From contig NC_057747.1 in NCBI RefSeq assembly GCF_004010195.1, positions 13,712,747 through 13,776,746 on the forward strand: a stretch of DNA of 64,000 nt, in the 5' to 3' direction. Within the stretch, counting starts at the first letter, position 1, and each line of letters opens with the position of its first letter. Position numbers and translations under genes: made by a program. The stretch comes from Chiloscyllium plagiosum. Lineage: Eukaryota. Positions 25,589 to 39,837 of the stretch are shown piece after piece. The notes under the pieces are model-generated. The model ran no database searches. It saw nothing but the letters and a program-made list of their open reading frames with translations, and was not told the origin of the DNA.

Positions 25589-27141
25589 ATGTTCTGCCAC
25601 TATAGGTGCTCCAGAAGGGATAGAACGGCCCTTATTAACAAAGGTCGGCTGCTGTGTACTGGCTAGAATCTCATTACTATCCCATCCTGCAAACATAATC
25701 ATCCCCAATCCAAGCTTTAATACCCTCCCTGCCCCTCACACACATCCAGTAACATCCACTCCCTCCACCACCGACGCTCAATAGCAGTGGTGTGTACCAT
25801 ATATAATGTGCATTGTAGAAATTACAGAAGTTCTTAAGACAGCACCTTCAAACTCTCAACCACTACCATCCAAAGGGACAAGGACAGCAGATACATGGCA
25901 ACTCCAACACCTGCAAATTCCTCTCCACACCATCCTGACTATCAAATTCCATCAGCGTTACTGGGTCAAAATCCTGGACTGCCTTCCTAATAGCATATGA
26001 CTGTGCCTTCAACAAATGGACTGAAACGGTTCAAACAGGCAACTCACCACCACCTTCTGAAGAGCAACTATGGATGGACAGTAAATTCTCGCTAAGCCAA
26101 TGACACCTACATCTTGTCAATGAATTTTAAAAAAACAGACACTTCCTTGTGGCCATCATACATGAAGAATAGCAAACCTAGAGGTTTGCCATGCACCAGC
26201 ACTGAGTAACTGAGGGAGGGAAATTCTACCAGTTTGCCAATATGGCTGTCAAAGATAGCAATGTGGCAGAATGTTTGCTTCCTAAACCAAGGGTTATGAA
26301 TACAACATCGAACTGTGATCTGACTGGGAAAAAGTTGCATCAGCTCCCAACCAATTCATGAAAGCGAAGGAACTAAGGGAGTGAACACATGATTGAAATA
26401 ACCTTTTCCAAGTGTCCAATCACAAGGAAGGGAACTGAATGAATGGAACCATGGCTTAGTAAATATTGCACTTCCTGATACATCGAGAGAGTGGGGAGGT
26501 GAAAAAAGAAACACAGAAAATTAACACATCATTAACTAGAGAGAGCACAAAGGAATCCTTGAAAACATGATGCCTGTAATGAATACTGGACTATTGCAAT
26601 GTATTGCACAAATTTCCCTTAAAACACAAGCATGGTTGAAGTTAGACAGTTTCAAATTGTGATGGTTATATGTGTTGGTGTGTGGAGATCAAGTCACTGA
26701 ATATATTAAATAAATAAATGAATAGATTTCTAGAGGCTAAGAATATAAGAACTAAGGAGTAGGAGCAAGGTTGGGCAATTCCACCCCTTGAGCCTTCTCC
26801 AAAGTGTCAATGGAAATGGGAAGAGAGCAGGAATATCACACATTGAGGTCGGGGGTCAGTCATGACCATGTTGAATGGTGGAGCAGTCTCAGCGGGCTGA
26901 ATGGCTTGCTCCTGCTCTTAATTTCTATGCTTCTATCTTACCAATACTTCAGAAGTCAGTACTTTGTTTTCAGTGGAGAGCTGTCAGAGCAGAAGTGCAG
27001 TATCGACAGTCCCATTTACTATCACAAAAAAGCTAGTGTAATATTAACAATGTAATTTTGTCAATTGTTGTAAAAGCCCATCTGGTTCATTTGTGTTCCT
27101 TCGGGAAGGAAATCATCTTTACTTGGTCTGGTGTACATGAA

Positions 27142-27360
27142 CTGAAAATGTGTTGCTGGAAAAGCGCAGCAGGTCAGGCAGCATCCAAGGAGCAGGAGAA
27201 TTGATGTTTCGGGCATAAGCCCTTCTTCAGGATTCCTGAAGAAGGGCTTATGCCTGAAACGTCGATTCTCTTGCTCCTTGGATGCTGCCTGACCTGCTGC
27301 GCTTTTCCAGCAACACATTTTCAGCTCTGATCTCCAGCATCTGCAGTCCTCACTTTTTCC
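27142..27360. mobile_element. Palindromic Penelope-derived insertion with back-to-back hammerhead cores
   Basis: 14-bp TSD ctggtgtacatgaa at 27128-27141 and 27361-27374. The plus-strand core at 27232-27267 is CTGAAGA A GGGC TTAT GCCT GAAAC GTC. Confidence 0.8.
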
Positions 27361-28714
27361 CTGGTGTACATGAAAGTCTGGACCCTCAGGAATCTGTTTG
27401 ACTTAACTATCCTTGAGGCAACGAGGAAGAGGTGATAAGTACTGGCCTAGCTTGTAACGTCCTTATCCCCTCAACAAATAAACAAGAAAAATACAAAAAA
27501 GTCAGAAGGTCCTCCAATCCAAACACAGGAGTAGCCATTAAAATAATTAACCATCTATGTAGTACATTAATTCCTGAGCCTGATCAAGGCTGAAAAAATG
27601 AAAAAAATTGTAGTTATTCAGGGATTTCACTGTTTCCTGAAAATAGCAGAACATCTTGAAGACATCTTATAATAAAAGTTAAATATGTAAATACTGAAAA
27701 TCTGAAATAAAATCAAAATATGCTGGAGAAATTCAGTACATGTGGCAGCATCTGTGGAGAGAAAAACAGAGTTAACATTTTGAGTCTGGTTTGAGTTTCC
27801 TTCCAGTTCCAGTGTCATATTGGACTTGAAAAGGTAACTCCGTTTCTGTCTGAAAGACGTCTCTCTTGGTCAGTAGAAATCAAAATAGATCACCATCAAT
27901 AGCGTGCGTAAGACCATTTTTTGTTGCACAGACATCAGTAGAAATCCTGGAAAGGTTGTGGTCCAATGATTGTTCTTTCTCCTCTGCCTCAAAAGGTTGT
28001 GGGTTCAGGTTCCATTTCAGAGAAATGAGCATAAAATATAAACTGACCTTCCACTGTAGAAGTGAGGGAGTGCTGCTTTGTCTTCAGTTGAGACATGAAA
28101 CAAGTCCTTGGGTGGATTCATAAGATCCTGTGGCACTCATTCCACTAAAGAGTAGTGTGGAGTTTTGGTGCACATTTATTCTTCAACGAACATGACTAAA
28201 AACAAAAATTAAAGAGTTTGAAAACACATTGAAATGCCCTGAGCAAAAGCATGATACTTCCTCCATTGATGTATTTTGAAGTGGAGACAGCCATTCCAAC
28301 TAAGCCATTGCCATCAAAGACAAACTCAGTTCCTGTTGAAGTATTGTTAAAGTGGCTGTACAGATAATCTAACATCAACACACATCAGCAATTCCTCTAC
28401 CACTATCTAGCAGAGCAGAGATTGAGAATAAAGAATTTTCCTTTATTCTTCCAAGAAATGTGAATGTCATAGGCAAGACCAGCATTATGTGCCCTTTCCT
28501 AATAGCTGAGTGGCTTGCTAGACCATATCTGGAGGCAGTTTAATAGTTAACTATGTTGCCCACACATAGGCTAGATCTTTGAGGAGAAAGTGAGGTCTGC
28601 AGATGCTGGAGATCAGAGCTGAAAATGTGTTGCTGGAAAAGCGCAGCAGGTCAGGCGTTTCGGGCATAAGCCCTTCTAGACCAGGTAAGGATGCCAGATT
28701 AGTGAACTAAATAA

Positions 28715-29830
28715 AAATCTAAAGAACTGTGGATGCTGAAAATCAGAAACAAGAACAGAAGTTGCTGGAAAAGCTCAGCGGGTCTGGCAGCATCTGTGCA
28801 GAGAAATCAAAGTTAACATTTTGTCCGGTGACTTTTCCTCAGAACTAGGATAATGTTGGTTTACATGCAAAAGATAGGATGGGGGAGGGGATAAGGACTG
28901 AATGATTGGTAGAGATTGAGCCCAAAGTGAGAGAGGAATAGTTGGACAGACAAAGGAGTCAATAATGATCTAGCTGGGAGAGTGAACAGCTGTTAATGGA
29001 GACTGTTAGTGGCTAACAATAGATAGTGTGTATTGGCAGACTATATGATAACAAGGCATGATGTGTGGAGATGGGGGCTAGGACATGGAGAAGTTCAGGC
29101 CCTAAAATTGTTGAACTCAATATTGTGTCCAGATGTGGTGTTCTTCCAGCTTGCACTGAGCTTTGCTGGAGCACTGCAGAAAGCCTGAGACACAGATGTT
29201 GACCAGGGAACAGAGTGGTGTGTTAAAGTGGCAGGCAACTGGAAGCTCAGGGTCTTTGCAAGCAGAATGTAGATGCTCTGTGAAGCGCTCACCCAGCCTA
29301 CACGTCATTTCCCCACACTGTGAGCAGAGAATTCGGTCGACTAGAAAGTAGGACATGCAGGTAAAGTGTTGCTTCACATGGAAGGAATGTTCAGACTCTT
29401 TGATACTGAGGAGGGAGGAGGTAAATGGGCAGCTGTTACACCTTCAGCGGTTGCAGGGGAAGGTGCCTGGGGCTGTGGGGAGGGGAGGTGGCGGGATGTT
29501 GGGAGTGAAGGAAGAGTGGTCCAGGGTGTCCTGGAAGGAACGGTTCCTGTGGAAGACAGACAAGGGAGAGTGGGGAATATGTGTCTGGTAGTGGTATCTT
29601 GCAGGAGGTTGTACAAATGGCAGCTGATGATCTTCTGGATGTAGATGCTGGTGGGATGGTAGGTAAGGACAAGGGGAACCCTATCACTGTTGCCAGAGGG
29701 AAAAGAGGGGGTGAGGACAGAAGTGTGGGAGATGGGTCAGATTAGCTCCCATCAGTTCTGAGGGAGGGTCAGAATCCAAAACATTAACTTTGATTTCTCT
29801 TCACAGATGCTGCCAGACGTGCTGAGCTTT
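28715..29830 (-). mobile_element. Penelope-like element fragment (GIY-YIG region and terminal repeat)
   Basis: Minus-strand KQHFTCMS...CSQC...RLGERFTEHL...PVACHFN, homologous to 19520-19700. Inverted terminal-repeat pieces lie at both ends. Confidence 0.8.
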
Positions 29831-31789
29831 TTGTTTTACGTTAATGAACTGTATCGGTTTTTACAACAATCAATAATAATTGTTGTGCCATCATTACTGA
29901 GACAGGTTTTATATTCCAGATTTATTAATCAAACTAAAGCCTGCCATGTCAGGAGTTGAATCCATATCCGTAGAGCATTAACTTGAACCGCTAAACGACT
30001 AACCCAGCAACATGACCACTTCACCCACATCTCTCCCAGAGGGTGGGGAGTAGGTCAATTAACCTCTTGAGCCTGGTCCCTCATTCAATAAAAGCATGGC
30101 TGATCTGATGTGGTCTTAACTCCACTTTCCTGCTTGCTTCTTATAAGCCTTGATTCCCTTGTAGATCAAATATCAATCTAACTTGACTTTGGACACATTC
30201 AATGACCAAGTTTTCACTGCTGGCTGAGGTCAGAGATCACAAACACTAACAACTTTCTGAGACAACTTTCTCCTTGTCTCCGACCTGTGTATTGCTCAAT
30301 GCTGTTGTTAGTTGTTGGTTCAAGATTCAAGGCAACTCCAGAGTTTCAGGTCCTCATCGAGATTTCCTTCAAGTTTCTCAAGATACATCTGTGAGGCACT
30401 GGACTTTAATTTCACACAACTCAAGAAAATGTTTATTAACTGTGGCATACTCATTTTCTGCTGAAGCAAGATAATTTATTCCCATAGGTGTACCTTCTGT
30501 CTAGAATCTGAAATCTCCGTATCTCACTCCAATCGGGTTTCATTAAAATGCGCATTATATATTAAATACATAACGAGAGACAACATTTCCTAAAGCACCA
30601 CTGCCAGTTTGTCTAATTACTGGCACTGCTCTGGGCAGCTGGCACTTCACAACTCAAAGAGAAAAGCTTTGACTCAAATTACTTTTTCCCTTCATAAACA
30701 ATGACATGCAAACCAACCCCTCTGCCACCATGATTCAGTCTCCTGCAGCCTAGCCTTCACGTGAAGTCTGCTTTTAACTACAGAATCTCTCCACTGTACA
30801 TCACACTGAGGTTACCTTTCATTTCTGTACCTTATCAAAGACAAACGCATACACCGAGGCAGACAAAAAACCCAGTCGAGAGAAACATTTCCTTTCTGCC
30901 TCTAAGACAGATAGAAAGCAGAAGCAATAGCTTAAAGCCCATAAATATATTCAATCCATAAACAAAACCTATAAACTACTTTAAATGTGGGTTTTGTTTT
31001 AAAATAGCAAATTAAATACATTCTAATTTTGAAAAAGGCTTTTTCTATTCGTGAGAAGAGTAGACCCATTACATCAAAGCAAATCATTTAATATAAAACC
31101 TTAAAATGTAAATGATAAGTAATAATAATTAATTAAAAGATTGCAGGTATCCCCTGTCAATCAAGGTACACCCATATTCAATCACAGATATACCTGATAT
31201 CTTGTATTTTGCCTCATGTTCTCATCCACACAGTGTCAAGGAACACAATGCAATGTGGATTATGTTGCAAACACATACACACACTGGCTTTACTCGCAGG
31301 ACAGAATGCAGTTGACAATGTCATGAGATCACTGGCACTTCCACTTCACACACCCTCCAATGAACCATTTTGCCCAGAACCTAAGTGCTGAGGGGGCAAG
31401 AATCTCACCAATGCCATCCTGCCCAATTATTTTCCTTTCTCAATCATCAACCACCCACCACCCCTCCACACTCAATCCCTCAGCATCCCCATCACCTCTA
31501 GGGAGGATGAAACGTCACCCAAATATTTTGGTTTTCCCAACTTTTAATTGCAAGAAATTTCTGCCTATCCAATACTGGATGAAAGCTGAACGACAAAGCA
31601 GAGACTGTAGTCAGGTTGAGAGGTGCTGGTAAGTAGGAGAATCCAGCAAACTACAACTGAAGACTGTTAAAGTAAGTATAGACATGGATGCTCAAAAACT
31701 GGAGAGTATACAATGGAATTTGCGATGTTTGGAAATCAATACCCATCGACAGCATGTCAAAGATATAAAAGTCAAGGATGTAAGGAGTG

Positions 31790-32590
31790 AGGATGCGCAG
31801 TCTAGGTAACTGTAGGAGTTGGCGCATTTGTATTGTATATTGATGGCCAGCCTAACCCCCGGAAATGCAAAGAGAGATGTGGAGGAAGGGAAGAGTCAGA
31901 GATAGATCAGGTGAAGGTGAGAGCAGGGTGGAAATTGGAAGCGTTTTCACGCAGAAGGTGGTGCGAGTATGGAATGAGCTGTCAGAGGAAGCAATAGAGG
32001 CTGGTACAGTTACAACATTTAAAAGGCATCTGGATGTGTATATGATTGGAAGGGTTTAGAGGGATATGGACCAAATGCTGGCAAATGGGACTAGATTAAT
32101 TTAGGATATCTGGACGGCATGGATGAGTTGGACCAGAGGGTCTGTTTCCATGCTGTACAGCTCTATGATTCAAACTGAGGGAAGCAGCACCAATTATGTA
32201 ATCGAAATATTGGCGAAAGAGCAGTGAGCGGGGGCCAGAGTAGGACTGGAACAAAGAATGTTCCATGTACCCCACAAAGAGACAGGTATAACTGGGGCCC
32301 ATGTGGGTACCCATGATCACACTTCTGACCTGAAGAAAGTGGAAGGAGTTAAAGGGGAAGTTGTTCAAAGTGAGGATGGGCTCGGCCAGTGGAGGAGGTT
32401 GGGGGAGAATGGGGTTGGTTCAGGCCATTTTCCCAGGAATAAGCAAAGTCCCCGGAAATCATCCTGATGGGGAATGGACGTGCAAAGGGATTGCACATCC
32501 ATACTGAAGAGGAGGCAGCTGGAGCCCACAAACTGGAAAATCCGAAAGTGACTTAAAGCATCAGAAGAATCATGGATGTAAATGGGCAAA
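31790..32590 (-). mobile_element. Penelope-like RT fragment interrupted by a plus-strand CR1 3' end (about 31942-32170)
   Basis: MGTHMGPSYTCLFVGYME and MDVQSLCTSIPH motifs, homologous to 18300-18700. Confidence 0.78.
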
Positions 32591-32918
32591 ATATTTGTGT
32601 TGAGTTAGGAGGAAACAGGTGAAAGCTGCATCCTCTATTGGGGCTGGTCCTATTCAGGATGATCAGTTGCGGATAGCTTCTGAGATATGATTACACACCT
32701 TTGGAGCAGGTGGGATTTGAACCAAGGCCTCCTTGCCTCAGAGGCAGTGTCACTATTACTGCAACACACAAACTTTCACAGTCATACAGCATGCAGTTAA
32801 TATCATCCCACCAGTTCTAAATTATACAATAAGGAAATGAATTTAAGTCTCCTGTATTATGCGCTGTGTTTAAAAGCTAAATTTAAAAGCTGTTCTGCAT
32901 AAAATGGAGTCTGCTGTT

Positions 32919-32920
32919 AT

Positions 32921-32946
<26 letters not shown>
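32919..32946. repeat. (TA)n microsatellite
   Basis: Direct reading of the sequence. Confidence 0.9.
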
Positions 32947-32954
<8 letters not shown>

Positions 32955-33107
32955 AAATGGCATGAAATGGAGAAGGGAATCACAGCTGTTTGCAAATGTC
33001 AGAGGGAGATCAACACTGTTTCATTTGCAGTCAGAATCATTTCAACAGAGAATATTGGGAAGGGCTGGTGAGACTTCAAAAGCAATACTTCCGGAGAAAC
33101 TGTCCCC

Positions 33108-33277
33108 ATGTCAGCAACAGAATCTCTATCGGGAGATGGTCCTGATCCTTCCACTGACAACACAATCCATGATCCAAAATCACCTTCTGTTACAGAACTG
33201 GAGATGACCCTGGAGAGCAGCAAAGCCCAGCTAAACCATATCGACGAAGTGTGGCCTAACCTCTACATTGGGGATTT
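33108..33277 (+). CDS. Gene 2 (additional DUSP13A-like paralog), coding exon 1
   Basis: ATG at 33108 translates to [56 protein letters not shown]. The exon ends TT|gtaagt (phase 2). Confidence 0.87.
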
Positions 33278-33519
33278 GTAAGTACTCACACATGTCACAG
33301 AGATAGTACACTTATAGCAAACACCACTTAGGATGAGTAACTCACTACAGATTTATGTTTTTAAATATATTAATTGGCACTGAAAATTGGCACAAATTAA
33401 ACTTGGTTTATTACTTTCTTTTAAGTTGTTTGCTGTGGAGGAAACAATTGGTGGTAGCTCTGTCTAGGCTTAAAACAAAACAAATTAAGAAAAAATTCTA
33501 AATCTCCCATAGGTCATAC

Positions 33520-33848
33520 AAGGGTGGCCTGGTGGTTCAGTGGTTAGCTCTGCTGCCTCACAGTGCCAGGGACCCAGGTTCAACTCCAGCCTCAAGCAAC
33601 TGCCTGAGAGGAGTTTGCACGTTCTCCCCGTGTCTGTGTAGGTTTCCCTTGGGTGCTCTGGTTTTCTCCCACAGTCCAAAGATGTGCAGGATAGGTGGAA
33701 CGGCTGTGCTAAATTGCCCATAGTGTTTAGGAATGTGTAGACTAGCTGGATTAGCCATGGAAAATATGGGCTCATGGGGATTAGCTGGGATGCTCTTTGG
33801 AGGGCTGTGTGGACTGAATGGCCTGCTCCCACACTGTAGGGATCCTAT
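33520..33848 (+). mobile_element. V-SINE (HE1-like)
   Basis: Same head, V-domain and tail as 50467. Confidence 0.8.
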
Positions 33849-35914
33849 GACTGCAGTCTGTCCTAGAAATAACTTCTCAAATTTATATAATTGTGCGTCC
33901 AGTATTTCCAAAATGCGTGATCTGTGCTAAAAGGAGGAAAATATGTTTTTACTTTTTTTTCCAATAATTAATAGGAACCTGAAGGGAGGGTGCTTACACA
34001 GTGGCCTGCTTCGCGTGAGGACAGTGAGGTTTTTGATTAATGTTTTATTCAATGTGGAATAACAAGGCACTCTTAAGTAATGATCTATCAAGTGGCCTCC
34101 ACGGTTCTATCCTACAGAAACAGTTTCTACCCTACTGTTGTTTGAATACAGAATGGACTCACAAACTCTTAATATTCGCCTGTACCTATGTTTTTGCTTT
34201 TGTCGTTGTTACCTATTATTTACTATCTATGCTACTTAACTCTGTGATCTGCCTGTATTGGTCACAAGACAAAACTTTTCACTGTGCCTCAATACACATG
34301 ACAATAAATTCTATTCAACTCAATAGATGAGAACCATCACAGCTCTCCCATGGTGTTCGCTAAATCTATGAATGCAAGTACTTGAATCCTCAATTGTGTA
34401 TCAGAAACATAGGAACAGGAGGTGCCCATGCTGCCTGGGGAGCTTGACCAATCATTCAGTCAGATTAGAGGTCACTGTCTGAGGTGAGATGAGAGAATAA
34501 CTCCCAATATATTCATCATAATTGCTTCAACAGTGAGATACTCTCAGCCATGACTGGACTTGCCTCTGTGTCACTCTTGTGGTCACTCAGTTGAAATTCA
34601 AACAGGTGCTTCCATTTGCTGAATTACCAACAATTTGGAACATAAACATATACATTTGATGCTAAAAATATGACATGTTTACTCCATTTTTGACCCTCCA
34701 TACCCGGAAGATCAACAAGCAGGCAATTCTTCAGTAACTCATTGAACAACCAGTAGCTCATACAGAAAGTGAGACACTTAGACCTCAGTCTATCCAATGT
34801 TCCTCCTCACTAAAGTTCTCATGTCCAGGCAACGCCCTCATACACTTCTTTTGTTCTGTCTCTCTGCTGCAAACACAGCTTTCGATCGAATGGTGACCAG
34901 AAATTCATGCTGTAGTCTGGGTGTGGCCTAACCCTTGTATGCTATTAAATTCCAAGCTCTTATACTCCAGCTAATGAAGCTAGTAAGGGTAAATATCCCA
35001 CTTGCCTGGATGAATGCAGCTCCAAGAACACTCACGAAGCTTTACACTATCCAGGGCAAAACAGCCCATTTGATTGGCATTACATCCACAAGCATCCGCT
35101 CCCTCCACAACCAATGATCAGTTGATAGCAAGGTATGCTATCTACAAGATACACTGCAGAAATTCACTGAAGATCCTTGGACAGCACCTTCCAAATCCAC
35201 ACCCGTTCCATCTGGAAGGACAAGGGCAGCATATACAAGGGAACGCACCATTTTCAATTTCCACTTGAAGCCACTCACCATCCTGGCTTGGAAATATATC
35301 GCCATTGCTTCACTGTCGTTGGGTCAAAATCCTTCCTAATGGAATTGTAGTTCAACCCACAGCAGGTGGACTGCAGCAATTCAAGGAGGCAGCATAACAC
35401 CATCTTCTCAAGGGCAATTAGGGATAGGCAATAAATGATGGCCAGCAGTGATACCCACACTGCACAAATGAATAAATAAAAATACTTTATCTTCTGATCT
35501 AGTCACCTTTGAGGATCTGTGGACCATTAGTCGATGATTTCTCTGTTTTTCTACACTTCATCAGTATGCTTTTGGGTGTTCCTTTACCTTGTTAGCTTGG
35601 ATTGAACTCTATTTGCCACTGTCTATTGATATTTTCCTGCAGTCTAATTCTTGTTTCTTCATTATCAACCACACAGTCAATATTGTATTGCCTGCAAACT
35701 TCTCAATTTACCTCCTGACGTATAGGTCCAAACCAATGGTATATTCCATAATATATCAAGCTACCAAGTATGGAGCCCTGCAGACGTATCACTGACTGAG
35801 CTATTGACTAACTCAATGCACAATAGAGATTGTGCCACAGGCTCTCCTAATCTTTACAGTAAATAGTGCAACATCACACTGTTGTCTTACATGATCATTC
35901 TGTTCTCATTATAG

Positions 35915-36132
35915 GGTGATAGCCCATGACAAGAAACAATTAAGGAAGATGGGGATCACTCATGTGTTAAATGCTGCACATTCCAAATGGGGCAGTGTGG
36001 GAGATCAAATCTTCTACGGCAAGAAAATAAATTACTATGGTATAGCAGCTGATGATTCCCCAGAATTTGATCTGAGTGCATATTTCTACACTGCAGCTGA
36101 ACAAATACATCAAACACTGAACACTCCGAATG
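35915..36132 (+). CDS. Gene 2 DUSP13-like paralog, coding exon 2
   Basis: Acceptor ttctcattatag|G and donor AATG|gtaagg; 218 bp, the same length as gene 1 exon 2. Encodes [25 protein letters not shown]...YYGIAADDSPEFDLSAYFYTAAEQIH. Confidence 0.92.
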
Positions 36133-36461
36133 GTAAGGCATGTTTTAGCATTCATTATATTTGAATGTGCTAACTGGACAATGTCATTGTATGGAAATAC
36201 TCAATTAGAGTGGACGAGGAGGATTTTATAAGATGTTGACCCTTTCATCGTATTAGTCGCCACATTACTCTGCTGAAAAGGGACAGTCACATGGTGCATT
36301 CCATTGGCAAATCAGGGATGAGCATAGAGTGACAGGGAGACCCTGTGTCTGCATCCAAAGCTTCTGATTTCAAAGGGGTGGGACCAAGAAAAGGTGAAAT
36401 GTTCAGTTACAATTAAAAATCACACAACACTAGGTTATAGTCCAACAGGTTTAATTGGAAA

Positions 36462-36496
36462 CACTAGCTTTCGGAGCGACGCTCCTTCATCAGGTG
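36462..36496 (-). ncRNA. Minimal hammerhead ribozyme motif (family B)
   Basis: The minus strand reads CAC-CTGATGA-A-GGAGC(GTC)GCTCC-GAAAG-CTA-GTG: stem I CAC/GTG, 5-bp stem II and a palindromic AGCU stem III. Confidence 0.72.
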
Positions 36497-37786
36497 GAGC
36501 TAGAGTAGGCAATTCAGCCCCTTGAGCCTGCTCTACCATTCAGTAAGGTTGTCTGACCTGATTGTAAACTCCGAATCCACCTTCCTACCGAGCCAGATAA
36601 CCCTTCAGCCTCTTCCTTAACAAAATTGTACATCTATTCACAATCAGCTACAGCAATGGATTGAAACATGACAACATTTAGTGAGGTCAGTAATCACCCT
36701 TCATGCAGTGAATTAATTCTAGGGTCCAGCAGAAGCACAAGGTATTGTAAGCTTCATTCTTGTGCACATAGACAGTACCCACACATGCTAAAGATTAAAA
36801 CCACAAATTGTTCACTAAGCCGACAGTAATTAGGTTGGAAGCGCAACATGGATAATTATTAATGAATGATACTTTAATGTAAGGCAGATAATGGCAGTTG
36901 TATTGTCACTGTTTTAGTAATCCAGAGACACAGACTAATGCTTTGAGGACATGGCAGTTGCTGGGATTTAAATTCAAGTAATAAATCTGAAATTAACAGC
37001 AACTCTTAATGGTTGCTGACCATGGAATTATTGCTGACTGTTGCAAAGGCCTATGTGGTGCACTAATGTTCTTTAGAGAAGGAAATCGGTCAACCTAACT
37101 TGATCAGGCCTACACATGACTACAGACCCACAGTGCTTGACTGTTAAATAACCTCTGATTAAGCCTAGTAAGCTGCTCAGTTCAAGGGCAATCACAGACA
37201 GGCGACAGTTTGCCAGTGACACGTGAAAGAATAAACATTACAAAAATATTCACAGAATTCTTAGCTTAGCGTCAGTGCTCCGCACTGTGTTGTGTGACCA
37301 TTCAGCCTGCAAATTTCCACACAGGCCACTTACAAAGTTATCGCCTACGCACAAATAAATTAAGCTGACCAGAAACACATATAGAAAAAATTGAGAGGCC
37401 AAAGTGCACAGCATTTTGTATTAACTGGCATCTGCACCAGACACACTCTCTACTGGAATTTCCACGTCATTTTTTTTGCAGACTCACCACCAAATTAACT
37501 AATTAAAAACAATCAAATATGTTACAACTACTAACCACAGCCCACCAGCAGCTGCCTAAGTCAATTATTAATTTTTTAAGCAACCCCACTCAGACATAAA
37601 GTGACATGTCAGGTGCTGCTGGGATTGAAACTGAGATTTTCTACATCAGAGTTATGGACACTACCACTGTGCCACAAGAGGCCACCCTAATGTGGCTGTT
37701 GCTTATTTCTTTCTTATTGGGATCAAGATTTCATAATCAATAAAGGCCAAAGACAAATAAAAAGCCAGATTTTGGTATCCCTGTAA

Positions 37787-38294
37787 ACTGACTGCCGACA
37801 GATCGTGTGCTTTTTAAACAAGATAGAATGTATCTGCAAATACAAATTCACACAATCAAAAAGCATACGATCTGTCGGCAGTCAGTCCATGTGACATGTT
37901 ATAAAATCTTACTTTGGAAATAGAACCAGTCTGAATCAAGGTTGGAATACACACAGACTCTAACCTCACACCTTTAATGCATTGTCTGAACTGAGATGTC
38001 ACCTTATTTTAAATAAAACCTTAAGTTATCTTGGGAATGTGACTTGAAAGAAGTTCTGAGATTTACATATTAATGAATCGAAACCTGCAACCCATTCTAA
38101 GTTATTAGAGATTTAACAGCAATCTAAGTTTGTTCAATACATGGCATCAGTTGTATAACACTTTGATCTTTTGCTATAAATTCCGTGTCCTATGATCCTG
38201 CCTCACTAGCTACCTGATGAAGGAGCAGCGCTCCGAAAGCATGTACTCCCAAATAAACCTGTTGGACAATAACCTGGTGTAGTGTGATTTTTAA
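37787..38294 (+). mobile_element. Penelope terminal-repeat element (family B) with a 5' inversion and a hammerhead core at 38211-38245
   Basis: The 3' end is the reverse complement of 36414-36496. Core TAC CTGATGA A GGAGC AGC GCTCC GAAAG CAT GTA. A 29-bp inverted repeat lies at 37787-37815 and 37858-37886. Confidence 0.68.
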
Positions 38295-38344
38295 TGAGTT
38301 AATGTAGATCGAGTCATAGGCATTTTAATTACTCTAGCTAATAA

Positions 38345-38775
38345 CTCAAACTTTCAGGAAAAATGCTGGGACCCTGAGGAGGAGGTGGAGGGGGGGAGGC
38401 CTAGTAAGTACGGATATAATCACTGTTGCCCGCAGAGACGGGAGCCATATGGAAGTGCGGTGAGTGGAGTAATGTAATATAGTACAGCGTAGTGTAATTT
38501 AATTCTGTTGTATTGTAATTTAATTTAATGTTATCTTATTTAATTTGAGTTTGTGCTAGTTTGGATTAAGTTAAGTAAATAAGAGTCGACTACAATCTGG
38601 AGAGTAGTAGGCAGTTTATCGTTAACATTATTGTAATATAACATAATAGTGCGATATTATTCCTACTTTTCTGTACTTTTGTACTTTTATAACTTTGTTT
38701 TGCTTTTTTTCTTTCGGTTTGTGTTTTTTTGTAAACAAAATGTTTTTTTCAATAAATATATATATAAACAAAAAG
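38345..38775 (+). mobile_element. 3' end of a Tx1/L1-like LINE
   Basis: Long AT-rich 3' UTR ending in AATAAA-tatata-aaaaa, preceded by a sequence resembling the Tx1 ORF2 C-terminus. The family call is tentative. Confidence 0.4.
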
Positions 38776-39837
38776 GAAGGATACTTAAGCCTTGGAGAGA
38801 ATGCAAAGGAGATTCACAAGAATGATACAGGAATGAGGAATTTTAAATGCAAGGACAGATTAGAGAAATTGGACTTACTTTCCTTGGAGTAAGAGGTGAC
38901 ATTAGTGAGGTGCTCAAAATTATGAGCAATTTTGACAGGGTAAAGAAGGATATTCTGTTTCCACAAGCTGGTATGTCAGTTAAGTAGGGGGTCACAATTT
39001 CAAGTTTGTTAGCAAGAGAGTTTGGAGTGAGATGAGGAGAAACGTCTTTACTCAGATTTGTTAGGATTTGGAATGTGCTGCCTGAGAGAATGATGAAAGC
39101 AGACTCCAAAGAAGGTTTCATAAAAAGAGCTGGTAATGTATTCGAAAGTAATGTACTTAGAGGGCTGGAGAATGGGACTAGCTTGCTAGCTCTTTCAGGA
39201 GTCAGTACAGACATGATGGGTCAAATGACCTCCTCTGATACTGTAAAATTCTATGATTCTAATTCCCTGAAGATAATTCAATGGTGATGTCATCTGTTTT
39301 GAACAAAACTATTTGATAAAAAGTGAATAATAGGAAATTCACAATGTCATTTCGATAGAATGTTTAGTCTCTCTCTTTTCCTCGGTTTTCTGGCACGAAG
39401 GCATTGCCCCCTGATGTCAACAGTTTTCTGTACCTTCAGCCACTCATTGGATGTTTGGTTCACGGGAAGGTCCAATCCTAGTGGATTGACCCACTAGGAG
39501 GTTGATCTACTTCAGCCAAAACCTAGTTCCCACATCATGTCAACACATATCAATCTGCTACTATGAGACTTTGGATAGTAACTGAGGTTAAGAACCCCCA
39601 CCGATCTTTCCCTTCTAAAGCCCTGGTGTAATATGGGAAAACATTAACATCTTGACCACCTTAACCAACGCTGCATGAGTTGGACCTTAACAATTGACTC
39701 TAGCTCAGTTCCAGTCTCTTATTCACACAGTCACTGGGGAGTCCTCTTTTTCCACATTTGGAATTTAGAATGCAACAACTATGTGACTGGCTGTCACTCA
39801 CGATCCAAACACTCAACTGTTCTCTTTTTCTCCACAG

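Noticed and set aside
30995-31012. MEF2 muscle-enhancer site (similar motifs at ~20075 and ~61543)
   Set aside because: These do not fit the 10-bp YTAWWWWTAR consensus and are expected by chance in AT-rich DNA.
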